From: Eledone cirrhosa
Lineage: Eukaryota
Assembly: GCA_964016885.1 (NCBI GenBank)
Contig: OZ024740.1
Location: forward strand, 53,196,001 to 53,260,000
Direction of reading: 5' to 3'
DNA length: 64,000 bases
The position numbers and the translations under genes were made by a program. The notes under the pieces are model-generated. The model searched no databases. It saw only the letters and a program-made list of their open reading frames with translations, and was not told the DNA's origin. Positions 60,962-64,000 of this stretch are shown here, piece by piece; positions within the stretch are counted from its first letter, which is position 1, and each line of letters begins with the position of its first letter.

Positions 60962-60986
60962 AATGTATGTATATATATATATATTG

Positions 60987-61080
60987 AAGGCGCATGGCTT
61001 AGTACTTAGAGCATTGGGCTTGCAATCGAAAGGTTGTGAGTTCAATTCTCGGACCGGGTGATGTGTTGTTTCCAGTGTTG
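60987..61080 (+). mobile_element. tRNA-derived SINE head (family 2)
   Basis: A-box tggcttagt..tta and B-box gagttcaattc; matches 21564-21630. Confidence 0.85.
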
Positions 61081-61099
61081 TTTCCAGTGCATTACTTTA

Positions 61100-61228
61100 T
61101 TTTAGCGACCCCGTAAGGATAAAAAGCAAAGTTAACCTCGGCGGGATTTGAACTCACAACATAAAGGGACATAACTCTATGCTGCAAAGCATGGTGTCTG
61201 ACGCTCTACCGATACTGCCAATGACCGG
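61100..61228 (-). mobile_element. tRNA-derived SINE (family 1)
   Basis: Reverse complement closely matches 17817-17932. Confidence 0.85.
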
Positions 61229-62337
61229 CCATGTATGTATTATGTATTATGTACATAATACATAATGCTTAATACATACATACATGCATACATACATATA
61301 TACACACATACATACATACGTATGTATTATGTATTATGTACATAATACATAATACATACATGCATACATATATACACACATACATACATACATGCATACA
61401 CACATACATACGTACATAATTCATTAGTACATACGTTCATACATATATACATACATACGTACCAATAAATGTACAGATGAATAGATGTACATATACTTAC
61501 TTTCTTTGTATATAGTCCGCAGAATTCGACGAAGAATTTTCTCTTCAATGCAACTGGAAGCAATCAGGTACATGGGTGAAACGTCCAATACGGGACCAAT
61601 AGATTCGATCGCATACATAATGACCTGGGACAGAAACAAAAATATGTGCACAGTAGCAAAAAATCAGTTGTCTAACTGACGTTAAGCAGGATAAACAACA
61701 AATATGATGCCGATCTGAGCAGAAACCCGCTGATAATAAATCTGGACTATTAACATTAATTTATACCTTAATTATTGTAAGATTTGGTCATGGAACTAAT
61801 TGCCTCAGAACCAATCTTGAGAAGCCGGGCTTCATAAATCCATAAATACACGGCAAATTAAGAAATTACAGTTACAAATCCATACTGGTAGTGCTATATG
61901 AACATATAGACATGTAAGTAAGTTATATGTATGTTCATATACATGTACATATTCACACAGACAAAGGTACGCATACAAACAGATTCAAATCCATGTGTGC
62001 TGATGCACAAACATATAGATCATAATATAAGAGCCATGTGTGGATGTATATGCATATATGTGGTCGAAAATTAGCACACAGTGGTTTTAACGAAAAAAAA
62101 TAATTTAACCTAATAACAAATATTTTGATGATCCAAAACGGATAGAGAAGACTTTACTAACATCAATTTTTGTACATGTCATAAAGATCCTTTATATATA
62201 TACCAGGTGCACTTTTCAAACCCCTTTTTTTTATCATTTTCCTTGCACAACGTGATTTGTATAGAATGTTCTCCAGCGTCCACACTTTTTTCAATATATA
62301 TACATATATATATACATACGTACATATATACACACAC

Positions 62338-62418
<81 letters not shown>

Positions 62419-62420
<2 letters not shown>

Positions 62421-62615
62421 GTTATGTAATAAACAACATAAGGCAATTATTTCATTTACCAGTGGTTTCTTGAAAGCAAACAAATTTTGCTTTCAAGAAA
62501 CCACTGGTAAATGAAATAATTGCCTTATGTTGTTTATTACATAACTATTAAGCTCTGTAACCTACATTGAGCACTCTTTTTTCCTGGACCTTTCCGACGG
62601 AATTACTTCATTCAC
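62419..62615 (+). mobile_element. Family D fold-back palindrome (62419-62547) plus tail
   Basis: Arms turn in the stem II loop of the family D HHR, and the CUGAUGA half is absent. Confidence 0.88.
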
Positions 62616-62903
62616 ACATATATATATATATTAAGAGAAAGTGTCGTGAATAGGCCTGTTTTTTCTGAAGAAATTTTTCCTTCTTTCTGTCACTGCCCAG
62701 TCTCCTCTATATTTCTATTTCTTCTTTAATTCCTCATTCTCTTTTCTGATAAAGGACTGCCCACCGAGAAATCACTTTTGCAACTATATCAAGCGTAAAA
62801 TTAATAATACATTTCTTCATTGTACTCTGACTTTCGCTTTTGTTATTACTGTTTGCCTTTTGCACACACACACATATATATATATATATATGTATATATA
62901 TAT

Positions 62904-63054
<151 letters not shown>

Positions 63055-63184
63055 TATATGTTTATATATATATATATATATATATATTTATTTATAATAG
63101 CTCTGTACTATACAAAGAGCACTCTTCTTTCCTTTACCTTTTCTACGGAAATACATAACACCCCTATATATATATATTTATATA

Positions 63185-63221
<37 letters not shown>

Positions 63222-64000
63222 TGTATATATATATATTGTTACAGGACGGGTAGCCCGATGATAACCATTTAAACTTCACCGTCAGATTGTCTATCTTGTA
63301 ACAGTATCTTCACTCTGCTTCTCTTGAATATGGTGTACTGAGTTGCATAATGGTCTTACTGGCCTTGACTAGTAACGTCTAACAATATATACATATATAT
63401 ACGTTGGACATTTCATCTTGGTTAGGGGCAATCCCAATTCGGAGTTACTGCCCTCGGAGCTGGTAATATGATCCGGCATATAGAGTCCTTTACAGGAGGA
63501 TACTATGGCTGGTTGTGTTTCTTTACACGGTGTATGGGGTTCATTTCATTGTGCCAGCGGCACTGGAGTTACTATCTCATGCGAGATCTAAAGAGGCCTT
63601 TCTTCACTGTATCATATTTTATGGGACATGCTACTTTTTTCTGATGAGTACTGGCTTGCAGAATATATGCCTCGTGCATACATTTCATTTTGATACGATT
63701 TTACAGCTATAAGTCCTTCCAATCGCTAACAATTTTACACAATGCACTTGTACATTTTATTGTCCTCAAGACATGAAAGAAATTGTCCCGTGGAGGCAGG
63801 AGAGAAGAGTTCTCTCTACTGAGTTTCGTTACTTGTTCGGGGTTTTGCCTTCGTAGTCGGCTTGGCTATTCTAACAACCGCGATCCTTCGTCTCTTTAAA
63901 TTACGGCACAATTATTTCACCTGAACTGGCCCCCTCATTAGCATCATACCAAAGCACATAACAACAGAAACAGATCGCTTAAAATTCAAAATATCTGTGC

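Noticed and set aside
60987-61060. tRNA gene (TGC anticodon-like loop), also at 21564-21630
   Set aside because: Acceptor and anticodon stems do not pair properly and the sequence continues into a SINE body.
62740-62780. CTGATAAAGG ... GAAATC motif
   Set aside because: G8A with C3 retained and no stems.

Overview
AT-rich eukaryotic non-coding DNA dominated by (TA)n, (CA)n, (GA)n and (CATA)n microsatellites. The SINE families and composition suggest a cephalopod (Octopus-like) genome, which is my inference. No intact host CDS is visible, and almost all ORF-track entries are microsatellite artefacts. Recognisable elements are decayed CR1/L2-like and RTE-like LINEs, tRNA-derived SINEs, a Tc1/mariner-type MITE, and a 5'-truncated Penelope-like retroelement (PLE, Naiad-type RT plus GIY-YIG, 39.2-42.5 kb) inserted in (TA)n and ending in a type I hammerhead ribozyme (HHR). 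The main result is that the short unique islands inside the (TA)n runs are mostly HHR-bearing retro-insertions of roughly ten unrelated families. I folded by eye about a dozen complete HHRs, several with unusual cores (U10.1-U11.1, U3-A8, U4A). Two families are ORF-less, terminally redundant units of 466 and 314 nt that look like retrozymes. Many copies are fold-back palindromes that turn inside HHR stem II and rejoin the (TA)n target at an internal TA. All folds and coordinates were derived manually, LINE and SINE boundaries are approximate, and ribozyme activity is untested.
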